Assembly (NCBI GenBank): GCA_965644495.1
Contig: CBFFSA010000005.1
Coordinates: 558,001-622,000 of the forward strand
From: Perkinsela sp. CCAP 1560/9
Lineage: Eukaryota > Protista > Euglenozoa: Kinetoplastea
Direction: 5' to 3'
DNA: 64,000 bases
The notes beneath the pieces are model-generated. The model saw nothing but the letters and a program-made list of their open reading frames with translations. It was not told the DNA's origin and did not search any database. Below, one piece after another: positions 1-9,628 of this stretch. The position numbers and the translations under genes were made by a program. Every line of letters begins with the position of its first letter. Position 1 is the stretch's first letter.

Positions 1-114
1 GGAACATGGTTTAGATAAATTCATAATTATTTGCACAACTTATGTACAACTTATGTAGGTCTTCTTTTTGTCTAGACGCCAATACCACCTTATATCTCTT
101 ATCCTCATCCATAC

Positions 115-1443
115 ATGACTTGTCTCGACGCGTGCAAAGTACTCCTCCCAGAAGCCTTTCCTGAAACCTCAGACCCTATCAAAAACGTCCCCGATGACCC
201 TCTTCACATTTCGGTCCATCATCTACGCAACAGCATCCAAATTCGTGAAAACTACCTCCGTAGCCAAACCCATAAAACCCCACCTCCCCCCCTCAACCCC
301 TCCACTCCCCCCACACCACAGCCCCCCCATCCACCCCACACCCCCCTCCCCCCCTCCACCGCTCTCACCCCCTCATCCCATCCCCCCATCCTCCCCATCC
401 ACCCTCTCGCCCTACGCTCCCGTCACACACGCTCCCCCTCCCCCTCCCCCCCTCCCCGCTGGTCCCTTCGCCGTGTCCTTGCCGCCCACGACGCCTCCGT
501 GCACGCCCTCACCGTGGACCCCAGCAACACCCTCTTCTTCAGCGCCTCCGCGGACGGCACCGTGAGGGCCTGGGACCTCGCGACCTGCGCGCTCCGGGTC
601 ACGCTCACGGGCCACCGTGCCGGGGTGCGCGCGTTGGCCTGCAGCGGGTCCCACCCCTACGTGTACAGCGCGGGGGAGGACCGCAGGGTGCGGTGCTGGG
701 ACCTGGACCACGGGAACGTGGTGGTGCGTCAGCTGGTGGGGAGCCTCGGGGGGGTGTACGCTGTGGGGGAACACCCGGGGGTCGCGGGGGTGGTGGTGAG
801 TGGGGGGGGTGATGGGGCGGTGCGGGTGTGGGATCTACGCACCTCGAGAGGGGTGTTTACGATGGTGGGGCACTGCGGGGCGGTGAGTGCGGTGGGGTGT
901 GGGCGGGCGGAGCCGCAGGTGGTGTCGTGTGGGGGGGCGGATGGGACGGTGAGGTTGTGGGATTTGGCCGCGGGGAGGTGTAGGGAGACGTTGACGAGGC
1001 ATAGGAAAGGGGTGAGGTGTGGGGTGATTCACCCGGTGGAGTATGGAATGGTGAGTTGTAGTTCGGATTCGGTGAGGAAGTGGGCGTTTCCGAAGGGGGA
1101 GGCGGTGCAGAAGCATGATCCGCAGTTCCCGCGGGAGGAGGGGACGGGGGAGGGTTCCGGCTTGCGTGGGTCTGCACCGGACTTGATTCATGGTTGTGCG
1201 GTGAACCCTCAGGGTAACATTTTAGTAACGTGTCGTGGTTCCGGTGAGCTATGTTTTCATGACTGGAGCACGCTGCAAGTTTTTCAGCGTTCCATGGAGA
1301 AATCTTATTCTTTGCGTGAGAAATCGGAAGTGCCGTCGAGTGGTCCCAGCATACGTAGTTGCTCGTTTGATTTTAGTGGTTCACGATTATTGACCGCCCT
1401 AGAGGACAAAACGATTCATTGTTGGCAAGAGGTTACCGAATAA
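115..1443 (+). CDS. PRP46: Pleiotropic regulator 1 / Prp46, WD40 subunit of the NineTeen complex
   Basis: WD40 repeats closely follow PLRG1: WSLRRVLAAH..VDPSN..FFSASADGTVRAWDLA..LRVTLTGH, HPYVYSAGEDRRVRCWDL, AEPQVVS..DGTVRLWDLAAG..TLTRHRKGVR, KWAFPKG, FDFSGSRLLT..DKTI. Confidence 0.92.
   Translation: MTCLDACKVLLPEAFPETSDPIKNVPDDPLHISVHHLRNSIQIRENYLRSQTHKTPPPPLNPSTPPTPQPPHPPHTPLPPSTALTPSSHPPILPIHPLALRSRHTRSPSPSPPPRWSLRRVLAAHDASVHALTVDPSNTLFFSASADGTVRAWDLATCALRVTLTGHRAGVRALACSGSHPYVYSAGEDRRVRCWDLDHGNVVVRQLVGSLGGVYAVGEHPGVAGVVVSGGGDGAVRVWDLRTSRGVFTMVGHCGAVSAVGCGRAEPQVVSCGGADGTVRLWDLAAGRCRETLTRHRKGVRCGVIHPVEYGMVSCSSDSVRKWAFPKGEAVQKHDPQFPREEGTGEGSGLRGSAPDLIHGCAVNPQGNILVTCRGSGELCFHDWSTLQVFQRSMEKSYSLREKSEVPSSGPSIRSCSFDFSGSRLLTALEDKTIHCWQEVTE
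270..1160. other. C-rich to G-rich skew-switch island 1 (in PRP46)
   Basis: 301-360 has 44 C and 1 G; 781-840 has 37 G and 7 C; switch near 600-700. Confidence 0.9.
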
Positions 1444-2085
1444 ATCGAGCTTGAATATACAGCTGGGGAAAGATGCAGGCTGGGGAAAGATGTACATACT
1501 GTGCTTTCATGAACACCCTTCGCTTTCCATTGGTACAGGATGCATGTACGGAATTACGTATCCTTTCTGCCTTGTAGTGGTGCAGTTGATTTTTTACTGC
1601 TACTTTTTTATCGCTCCTCTTCTGCGAAATATTGCACTACGCAAATGAACATTGCGCAAGATTTTGACATTTGCGCATGATTTTGAAGAATTTTCTACCT
1701 CACGTCTACTAGCCTCCGGTTGGTGGTGCGAAAATAAAAGTTTTACCTTGTCTTGAAGATACAGAAGTATCTCGCAGATACAGTATTAGGTATTCATGAA
1801 CAGGTACTGCGCATACAGCTGTATGGCCATCTCCCGGGTCAGAGTCCACATGTTTTAGGCTGCGGTGTACAGGAGGTACCGAGACGGCATCAGGTGGGAA
1901 GCCCGCACTTACAATATGTATAAAGTTGATATTCGTGTTGCATGCATTTCTAGCGCAGATTTAAGCTACACGTCCCTTTTTCATTTTGCATTGATTTATC
2001 AATTCTTCTACAGTTTTCTCCAGGTGTACTATTTCTTTAGTCTGTCTTACTTCCTTATTTATCTCATATTTATGTACAATGCAAT

Positions 2086-4134
2086 ATGAGTGAGGAGGCA
2101 TGGCAAGCCCACGACAAAGCACTACGCGTGGCTGTGAAGAGAAAACGTAAAGAAGGGACTTCACTTTCCCTTAAAGAGGCTGCATATGATGTCTTATCCA
2201 AGCATAAGCTGCCTCTTAGCTCGACCTATATCACAGGATACGCGCAATCTCGTAAGTACTTCCGTACACAAGGTCTCACCCCGGATGCCAGCCTTTCCGC
2301 TCAGCTCTATGTCGGTATCCGAGATCGTGGGGACTCCTTTGCTTTTGGAATGTTACATGGACGCTTTTACCAAAGGTCACGAGAGGATGAAATCCTTTGT
2401 AATGTTCTTATTTCTTCTGAGTACCAAGGACTGGGCATGAGACTGTTTCAAAAGCGCTATAAGTACATTCCACCGGAGGCCGAGCATCGGTTTCTTTGCT
2501 GGGGCCTCTCCACGATATCTCCTTCATGTGGATTAGGTTTGTTTGTTCGAGAGGGGCGGTGCATTCCCGCAGGCTGTATTGTCTGTGAGTACGATGGAAT
2601 ACGCAAGAAAATGCCCCGAAACTCTTCACGTCCAAAGAGAAGGCCAAACAAAAACAAAAGGATGAAGAGGCGTCACAGCCCTGATTCGAATAATGATTTA
2701 TGGAATGCAGAACACAAATCTTTGAAGATCACACAGTCGAACGCGTCTGGCTCTGAGCCATTCCACCCCTATGCCGTAACAGCTGCGAGAAACACTTCAC
2801 ATGCCGTTATGATTGATGGTATGGATAGTGCGGGTACAATTTTGAGTCTAGCTTCTTTGGCAAACGACGCGGGTCCTTGCTTTTCGAATACCACATACGT
2901 TGAATTTTATGATACCCATCCAGGGAAAGTTTTTCTTGTCGCAACAAAACTCTTGGGTCCTGGAACGGAGATTTTTGTGCAATACGGACCCAAGTATTGG
3001 GGTATAAAAAGTTATCCCACTCTTGAGAGTTGTCCACTGCTCTCGGATTGGGTTCAACTTATTCAAGGGGATACGTGCGCTCAGCACCCAATAGAGGAAG
3101 AATTTCTTGAGAAATGCGAAAAATGTTCTCAACAGAAGATTCCTAAACGACTGTATGCGCTGCATTTACGATCTGAATGTGGAGACACGTTATGTAGCGT
3201 ACGTCTCAAAAACATGAACTCTCTTCCTCACAATGATTTTACGACGCCCAGTATGCCAACAAAAAACAAAGATCCACAAAATGTGAGAAAAAGCAACGGC
3301 GCTATCACTCATAATCACAAGCTGAAGAATTCGTTGTCTTTTCCAAGTAAAATTAGTTTTACGGATCGCAAGCGCGCCATGTGCATGGTGGACACAACAG
3401 ACGATATGACTTTGCATTACACACACGATTCCGATTCTTGTGACATAAACAAGGCTTCTTCAAACAAGAATAAAAGAAAAAATGGTGTCGTGAATGGAGC
3501 TGTTACATCCCACGAAATAGCGTTAGTAGAGAACAAATATTCTGACGGAGAGGATAATATTGAACTGGTCAGCATTGAACCAGTGGTTTCTAACACTTCT
3601 GAATCTGAACCTCTCAATAAATGTCTGTCCCTATCTTGGCCTGAGGAACTGCACCCTTTCCCAATATTTATAAACTCATTCTCGAAGAGTATGAAGGCAT
3701 CGTTCACTCATGAAAAAGAAACGTCCGAGTCCTACGTAGATTACTTTAGACGACAAAGAAGGCAAGTTTTTCTTTCTATTCATTCTATTTTTCAAAAGCT
3801 CAACGAGCAACAATCCCCTCTAGATATTCCTGAGGCTTGTGATTTTGCTTGGCCGAAAGATTCTGATCCTTCCGGTGAAATTTTCCTTAAAAATAACTTC
3901 GTTTTTTTCTACGAATTTTTTCAAGAACTCTGTAATAATGAAAAGCATTGCAACTCGTGGAGTAAACTTTGGTCGGATGTATCGGTGACTCTACGGTGGC
4001 ACCTTCCTTCATGCGAAATAAGTTATGAGTCGAAGTTATCATGTATTTCATCGGAACTTTCGTCCATTTTAGTTCAGTTTGTGGAGGTTTACCGTATCTT
4101 ACTTCAAGATCCTGGTGGTAGTGTTTTTATTTAA
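2086..4134 (+). CDS. HARE-HTH + SET domain protein (putative lysine methyltransferase) with C2HC Zn-finger-like motif
   Basis: SLKEAAYDVL..PLSSTYI..QGLTPDASLSAQLY matches the HARE-HTH pattern; SET motifs GLGLFV..IPAG..VCEYDG, IDG..SLASLANDA, FLVATK..PGTEIFVQYG..YW; then CEKC-x-H-x-C. Confidence 0.75.
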   Translation: MSEEAWQAHDKALRVAVKRKRKEGTSLSLKEAAYDVLSKHKLPLSSTYITGYAQSRKYFRTQGLTPDASLSAQLYVGIRDRGDSFAFGMLHGRFYQRSREDEILCNVLISSEYQGLGMRLFQKRYKYIPPEAEHRFLCWGLSTISPSCGLGLFVREGRCIPAGCIVCEYDGIRKKMPRNSSRPKRRPNKNKRMKRRHSPDSNNDLWNAEHKSLKITQSNASGSEPFHPYAVTAARNTSHAVMIDGMDSAGTILSLASLANDAGPCFSNTTYVEFYDTHPGKVFLVATKLLGPGTEIFVQYGPKYWGIKSYPTLESCPLLSDWVQLIQGDTCAQHPIEEEFLEKCEKCSQQKIPKRLYALHLRSECGDTLCSVRLKNMNSLPHNDFTTPSMPTKNKDPQNVRKSNGAITHNHKLKNSLSFPSKISFTDRKRAMCMVDTTDDMTLHYTHDSDSCDINKASSNKNKRKNGVVNGAVTSHEIALVENKYSDGEDNIELVSIEPVVSNTSESEPLNKCLSLSWPEELHPFPIFINSFSKSMKASFTHEKETSESYVDYFRRQRRQVFLSIHSIFQKLNEQQSPLDIPEACDFAWPKDSDPSGEIFLKNNFVFFYEFFQELCNNEKHCNSWSKLWSDVSVTLRWHLPSCEISYESKLSCISSELSSILVQFVEVYRILLQDPGGSVFI

Positions 4135-4281
4135 AGAAAAACAGCTTGTTCATTATACTTAATATTTTTACATAAGATGTTTGTTCATATCGAACACACT
4201 ATGTATGAGAAAGAAAACTTCGCTCTCTTACACAACATTTTATCAGTTCCTATTAAGCAAAAAATTTATTTATGCTTTACG

Positions 4282-5151
4282 ATGGATTTTTTGAAGAGTC
4301 TGTTTGACGGAAGTCGGTCGGTGCCTCATCCATCACCCGAAAATGCATCGCATCCACAAATGGAAGCCAAAGTCGCTGAAAAGAATAAGGGTACGGAGTT
4401 TCAAAAAATAGATTCCACCTCCTATCCGTCTGTTGAGGCGGACAAACTTGCAACTACGGAAGACTCAGAATCTTCTTTCGTCAACGTAATTCCGGGAAGA
4501 TGTCCCTCTTCAGAGGATATCGGACGTGCCGGGTGGAATATCTTACACACAATGGCGGCAGCCTATCCATCGCATCCAACTTCCTCTCAGAAACAGAACA
4601 TGGATCACTTTTTGCACAACTGGTCTTATCTGTACGCCTGTCAGCACTGTGCAGTCAACATGCGGGCTGAGTTTCGTGAGGGAAATGGTTTCTCGCAGTG
4701 GAAACCGGATCCTGTTGTAGAACAAAAGTTTATGTCAAATTCTTCACATGATTCGTCAGAAACGAAAAGGTTCTACTTTCCTGTTGACTCCAAACTTACC
4801 ATCACACGATTTCTGTGTGAACTGCACAATAACGTAAATCACCGACTCAATAAGCCAATCTATGATTGCGATCCTTCTGTAGTTTTGCGGCGCTGGCATC
4901 CTGGGTATCCAAATATCGAAGATGAGGAGTCCCTAACAGAAACTGATGACCGTCTAGTATATCAAGGGGCGGCCGACTCTGCCAATTCTTTTTCTACTCC
5001 TAGCGCTAACCCTTCATCTTCTACTGTGGATGATTCATGGAAACGAACAGAAGGTACTACTGTTGAGAATTCAAAAGACAGCATGGACACAGAAACAATC
5101 TTGGAGAGATTAAAAAAATGTGGAGTGTGGTGCCCGAAAAATGAAGACTAG
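4282..5151 (+). CDS. ERV1: Erv1/ALR FAD-dependent sulfhydryl oxidase, kinetoplastid type (KISS-like tail)
   Basis: IPGRCPS..IGRAGWNILH..AAAYP, YACQHCA redox CxxC, LCELHNNVN.RL.K..YDC.PSVVLRRWHPGYP, terminal CGVWC; start chosen at ATG 4282 (ORF open from 4177). Confidence 0.93.
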   Translation: MDFLKSLFDGSRSVPHPSPENASHPQMEAKVAEKNKGTEFQKIDSTSYPSVEADKLATTEDSESSFVNVIPGRCPSSEDIGRAGWNILHTMAAAYPSHPTSSQKQNMDHFLHNWSYLYACQHCAVNMRAEFREGNGFSQWKPDPVVEQKFMSNSSHDSSETKRFYFPVDSKLTITRFLCELHNNVNHRLNKPIYDCDPSVVLRRWHPGYPNIEDEESLTETDDRLVYQGAADSANSFSTPSANPSSSTVDDSWKRTEGTTVENSKDSMDTETILERLKKCGVWCPKNED

Positions 5152-5809
5152 ACAACCGCAAAAACGTGTTTGAGTATGTCATTCAGGCATTGATACTTCT
5201 TTCGCTTGTAAAAGGATAACTATTCAAAAGGTCAAAAAATATTTAAAAGTGTCAGGCTTCCGACGAAAAGCATCCTGGAGATTACATATGCTTCCGTTAA
5301 ACTTTCGCAAATGGTGCTAGATAATTGCGTTGGGCTGAGTGCCCAATGGTTCAATGGCCACATACATCTGATGTATGCTGCCTCTCATGTATACACACAT
5401 ACACATACATAAATTAGACATTCAATGGCCTATCGTAATTTACCCCTATTATGGGTGTAAAATCCCTTACATCACATTTTCTAGAGAGTTGTTCGAAACA
5501 AATCCCTACTACATGAAGATCTATTTTCTGAAATTCACCTCTTCTCCAGCTGTATCATCTGGTCCACTATAGGTTGAATCCATGTTGTGGGAGCTTGAAA
5601 ACGTTTTGACAGTCCTAGAAGTCGCGCGTAGGGCTGCCAAGAACGATACCTTATTGGGCACCTTGCTTCCTTTCTCGAGATCGTATTTTCTCCACTTTTT
5701 TCTAAACCAAACGACTACACAAGACGCAACGAACTTAAAAATATTTTTTTTATATCCCTTCTTATCACTATCTCTTCACATCTTTCTTCAACCCTTCAAA
5801 ACCCTAAAT

Positions 5810-6057
5810 CAACACTCTACCCCCATGAACCCCCCCTAACCTCACACTCACCCACACCCCCCTCCACACAACCACACCCATGCCCCACCCCCGCTCCTCC
5901 AAAACCACCACCAAAAAAGGCGAACACGGTACCATCGCCGCCCCCGCCCTTAACAAAGCCCCCGCCCCCTCCCAACTCACCGCGACCTCCCTCCTCCACG
6001 AGGCCACCGCACTGGTCCAGAAACAGCAGCAACGCGCACAGGGCCTTCCCGTAGCCA

Positions 6058-6088
<31 letters not shown>

Positions 6089-6600
6089 CTCCCCCCTACT
6101 CTCCCACCCCCACGACATGGAGCGCTATGTCAGCCAGAAACGACAGGACTACGAAAAGGCCCTACGCGACCACCCTGGCGCCTTAACCCGTTGGGTACAC
6201 TACGCCCGCTGGGAGGAGCGCCTCGGGGACTTACCGAAGTCCCGGGGGGTGTTGGAGCGTATGCTGCGGCGCCCCGCGGGGGAGGGGGGGGAGGGGGAGG
6301 GGGGGTGGGAGCACCGCGCAGGGGTGGAGAAGCGGGCAGGGTTGGTGGGGAGGGCGGAGGGGGTGTATGAGAGGGCAACGGGGGTGCTGCCACGGGTGCC
6401 GGGGTTGTGGTACCGCTGGGCGTTGGTGGTGGAGATGTCGGGGAGGTGTCCCGGGGGGGTGTTTGAGAGGTGGGTGGGGAGGGAGGAGAGGGGGGAGGGG
6501 GGGGTGCCACATGCGGCGTGGGAGCACTATGTGGAGGGGTTGATGCGGTGGGGGGAGAATGCGGAGGCGAGGAAGGTGTGTGCGCGGTATGTTATGGTGA
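5810..6600. other. Skew-switch island 2 (5' end of CLF1)
   Basis: C/A-rich 5810-6110, switch near 6200, G-run-rich 6240-6600. Confidence 0.9.
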
Positions 6601-9272
6601 AGAATGATTTGTCGAGCTGGATGTATTACGCGAATCTGGAGGAAAAGGATATGAAGGATGTGGATCGCGCGGAAAATGTGTACAAGACGGCATTAAGTGC
6701 CTTGCCAGAAATCGATGACGCTTTACTGCTCGAGTATGCCTCGTTTTCGTCCCGGCATGGTCGATATGACAGTTCACGCACTGCTCTGCACCACGCTTTG
6801 AGCAACCAAAAAGAAAAATACCATAAGGAGCTGACGTCCACGTCTGATAAGGATTTAATCTCTTGGAAAGGGAAGGCTCCTGACAACCTCACGTACAATT
6901 CCATTTTTTTCGCAGACGACGATTCGGTTGGGCCTTCCCAATCCTCTCAGGATCGTATTTTTCAAACGCTTTTGGATCTTGAGCGGGAGTCGTCGGGTCG
7001 CCCTGACGGCGTGTGGAAAGAGATCTTACATGAGTACACTCGATGGCGCTACGAAAAGTGGTTTCGGTGGGTACAATCGTTTACAACGAAGTCTTTGCTG
7101 GAGTGTAAGGTAAACATGCAAATAAGTCCCGTCTTGAAGCCCGTAGCTCTGCTTTCCATTGCTCCCTTACTCTGGATGAATTGGCTAAAATATGAAAGCT
7201 CAAAATTTGATAATCTAAATAAAAAGCTTATAGTTCTAGAAGCTCCTAAAACCCATATTTATTATGCGAAGAGCGGATTATCGGAAACTCATTCGTGTGA
7301 TCATATAAATGATACACTCCAACAAGTTGAAAAACAAAAGGTATTTCTGCAGACTTTGCTGGAAAACCTTATTCTAGATGGACGTCGCAGGATTCAAAGT
7401 TTAAAGGACGAAATAATGGGTCTCGAGTTCGGAACTGCTGAAGCTCAAACGATATCACATCAGCTTGCATTTCTTTGCTGCTCTTATTGCTACCTGAGTC
7501 TTATTTCATCTAAGATAATTAAATCCGGAATCAAAGAGGGCAGTGCATCGGAGGATTGTCTAAGCATTTGCCTGTCGATGTTGGACACTGTCGTGCAGCT
7601 CTTATCAGAGAGGAACTTTTTCAGTTTTTCTTCACTCTTTGTAGCCCTGAAACAGAATGTGTATTCCTCGTTATTTTCTATCATATTGCCAAAAGACGAA
7701 CTTGTACGCGAGCCATCCTTTTTCCATGATCCAATAGTTTCTTCACGAATTGAGTTGTATCGAGTGAAGATGCAAGAAGCTCTTGTCAATATCAACTTTC
7801 CTAGTGCTGCCAATTGTAGAAAGGAAGTTGGTTTTGTGAATCTATTTTCTGCTGTATTACGTTCTCGGAATGCACTATATCAAGATGCGATAAATGTGGA
7901 AGAATTGATTAAAGAATCTTCTAAAGCACGAGAGCTACTTTTATCTTGGATCCGAAGTACCAGTGAGGCCGCTATAAATGTACTTAATGCTTATTCATGG
8001 ATGAGTTTACCGACTAGGCTACAAACACAAACTTTAAATGACTTGTGGGTTTCTTGGAAGTGTCTACTAGAATTTGAAATCCGTGAAAAACAATATAAGC
8101 GGTTTCATCAATTCTTTATTTTCTTGCAACGACAGGCCACGCAGCTTCAAGATTCCATACACTATTGTAAAGACACTATTGAAGAGGAGTTACACACTTC
8201 GAGATTCATATTGCTAGATCAAAAGGAATCTTGGGAATCTTTGACTCATTTTCCAGTGTGGGGAATAACTCTCGCAAATCACATGTGCTCTTATTTTGCA
8301 TTAGCTGATCACTCTACGAATCCATCTCAAAGTACAAGCGCTGCGTTCGCTAATTCTTACTTTTTGCCCAGTACTGACACGTGGATACAGTTGGTTCAAC
8401 TGTTAGATCTTGCCATTCCAGTTGAAATTCATTCTCTGGAATCTATGCAATTATTGACCTCAGTGATTGGGTACATACGTATTCGCCTGCAGCGCCTTCT
8501 TCGTTTTCTAGTTGGTTTATCCTACCTATTGCATCTTTCTCGAAGTGATGCATTCCCCACACTTCTTTCGAAAATACTCTCAATGGGAGATGCTGATTCG
8601 GAATTGCCAAATGGTTTTTCTGATAGTGCAGAGGAAGTCAAAGGTTCCGGACGTTATCCAGAAACTTCCGATGATATCGCTAAGACAGCAGATCGTTTAC
8701 TTCGTCGTATCACCTCTTCACTTTCCGAAAAGGAAACCTTGAAAATATACACAAGAGTGCAGCACCATATGCCAGAATTATGGAGAGTACTTGAAGCGAA
8801 TTTTGTTCTTGAGCTTCGGAATTATGTTTCTGTTCAGCTTTTCCTTTTCACCTGCCTGAAATCCCAAAATGATCAAGATAGCTTAGCATGCGCAAGAGAT
8901 GCAAACGCACAATTTGTAGGAGTACTCAATGACATTCATATCGCTTTTGGGTCTCTACAAAGTTGTTTACAAGTCGAGAACCACCCTGTAGTTTTTGTTG
9001 GCCTCTCTGAAGCGCTTGAACGGATCTCAAACATTAGAGTACGAGATATTTCAACACAGCGTAACTTATTTGAGCCAACCGTCAATCTTGGAAAGGAGTA
9101 TCAAGAGGAAGTTGAGTTATTTCTTACCTCTCATCCTCACTACAGAGAAGTGACAATAAGTCCGCATCCAAAACCGGGAAGTGGGCCTTGCATATCCGTT
9201 GAAACCGGTGAGAAAGCTAAAGCAGTTAAAAGGTCCAAGCTTTTTGATATCGCTGCAAATCTTGATAAATAG
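5880..9272 (+). CDS. CLF1: Crooked-neck / Clf1 / Syf3 HAT-repeat splicing factor (divergent C-terminal two thirds)
   Basis: KRQDYEKALR..TRWVHYARWEE..SRGVLER, VYERA..LPRVPGLWYRW..EMSG..VFERW, WMYYANLE..DRAENVY; C-terminal KLFDIA resembles the crn end. Confidence 0.82.
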
Positions 9273-9567
9273 CACAAGTTAACACTTGGAATTATTGGAA
9301 TCAATTTTTGTAAAAGTCTTTTTGTAAGCGCGCAGATAATCATAAAATGTAAGGCCGTCGTGCAGGGCTGGTGGCCCAGCCACAAGGGGCGAAATAATCT
9401 GCGTCAGGGTATGACAAAAAAAGTCATTCGTTTCATTTACACACGTATGAGTGAATTAATTTAATGACTGGTCAAGCTGGTTTTGCTTCTACAAGTATGT
9501 TAGCATAACATTACGAAACATGGTGCAAACGAAAACCTGAAATGTTTTCATGTTTGTATAAAACTAA

Positions 9568-9614
9568 TTTTCTTTTCTAATTTTTGAAAGCAACTGCAAT
9601 CTTTTCTTCTTGAG
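9568..9614 (+). promoter_or_regulatory. Candidate trans-splicing signal (polypyrimidine tracts + AG acceptors) upstream of SEC24
   Basis: ttttcttttctaattttt..AG(9589-90) and tcttttcttctt..AG(9613-14), just before ATG 9629; similar tracts precede many genes here. Confidence 0.4.
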
Positions 9615-9628
9615 CACATCCTCTCACA

